This document shows positions 63,590 to 64,000 of a stretch of DNA of 64,000 nt, in pieces. Position 1 is the stretch's first letter. Each line of letters starts with the position of its first letter. The notes under the pieces were generated by a model. The model was given only the letters and a program-made list of their open reading frames with translations. It was not told the DNA's origin and ran no database searches. This DNA is from Thermoanaerobaculia bacterium (lineage in GTDB: Bacteria; Acidobacteriota; Thermoanaerobaculia; UBA5066; Gp7-AA6). Location of the stretch: assembly GCA_036558325.1 (NCBI GenBank), contig DATBFU010000067.1, forward strand, positions 5,536-69,535, given 5' to 3'. The translations under genes and the position numbers were made by a program.

Positions 63590-64000
63590 CTACACCCGGG
63601 GGGAGGCGCGACGCACGACGGGACGCACGGCGGCGACGCGGAGGAGGCTTCCCCGGCGCTCGACACGGACGCGCCGCCCGGCCTCGAAGCGGAAGTCTGC
63701 GCCGGCGGCGAGGCGGTCCAGGATCGCTTCGCGCTCGCGCCCGGTGAACGGCGGATGGCCGGGCCGCGCGAACGGCGCCGCGGCCTCGGAGATCGCCCGG
63801 CGCGCGAGGTCCCGCGGGCACGCCGCGAGGAAGACGGCGTCGGCGAGGGTCGCTCCCGGGCCGAAGTGGACACGCGGGCGCACGGCGCGTTCGAATTCCT
63901 CGTCGATGCGGGCGCGGGCGGCCGCGTGTTCGGTCGCGGACGCGCCGAGACGCTCGCGGGCGTCCGCGGGCGCGTCGGCGATGTCGCGGCGGGCGCGGTT
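63590..64000 (-). CDS. C-terminal fragment of a CDS running off the window end (possibly tilS, given the tilS-hpt-ftsH synteny)
   Basis: The frame is open from 64000 down to the TAG at 63590-63592. Function inferred only from the conserved gene order. Confidence 0.3.
   Translation of the reverse strand, partial: NRARRDIADAPADARERLGASATEHAAARARIDEEFERAVRPRVHFGPGATLADAVFLAACPRDLARRAISEAAAPFARPGHPPFTGREREAILDRLAAGADFRFEAGRRVRVERRGSLLRVAAVRPVVRRASPRV

Overview
High-GC (about 68-70%) bacterial chromosomal segment with Gram-negative features: a porin, an OmpA-family lipoprotein, Tat signals, an exosortase-like gene and HlyD-family adaptors. There are about 60 protein genes and one tRNA, mostly tightly packed operons with frequent ATGA/GTGA stop-start overlaps. 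No CRISPR array, rRNA, transposase or integrase is visible. Many long arginine-rich ORFs in the six-frame track are GC-skew artifacts lying opposite or out of frame of real genes.

Housekeeping content:
- A complete selenocysteine-containing formate dehydrogenase-N operon (fdhD-fdnG[in-frame TGA]-fdnH-fdnI-fdhE), preceded by a porin.
- A sugar-type ABC importer (SBP-ATPase-2 permeases) plus a second paralogous orphan SBP.
- moaA, acs, ligA, smc, ftsH, hpt, glmM, the c-di-AMP module cdaA-cdaR, folP, a FabF-like KS plus a CLF-like KS plus a thioesterase, htpX-lemA, an MFS transporter, a Ser/Thr kinase-UspA fusion, an M1 aminopeptidase, and tRNA-Thr(CGU).

Most unusual region (about 30.2-38.8 kb): a small HlyD-like adaptor, a sensorless histidine kinase and a sigma-54 NtrC-type activator lie upstream of a recognisable sigma-54 promoter. 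That promoter drives a monocistronic, terminator-bounded gene for a 175-aa protein built almost entirely of tandem hexapeptide repeats ([RK]N[IV]xAA, 18-bp DNA repeats) ending in eight consecutive N-x-S/T motifs. Convergent to it is a single ORF fusing a PqqD-like RiPP-recognition domain, an S2P/M50 intramembrane metalloprotease (HEFAH, NPLIKIDG) and an HlyD-like adaptor. That ORF is preceded by a 3xGAF-TM-HlyD protein and a STAS anti-sigma antagonist. I interpret this as a candidate, apparently undescribed, peptide-recognition, intramembrane-processing and export system under sigma-54 and GAF/STAS control.

Other oddities:
- A solitary DndB-like DGQHR protein that heads the lemA-htpX operon.
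- Three homology-supported genes (fdhE, an hsp15-like S4 protein, a HAD hydrolase) that have no canonical start codon in the right place; CTG initiation is possible.
- An apparently frameshifted exosortase-family gene downstream of the KS/CLF/thioesterase genes.
- A secreted protein resembling a zinc phospholipase C or S1-P1 nuclease.
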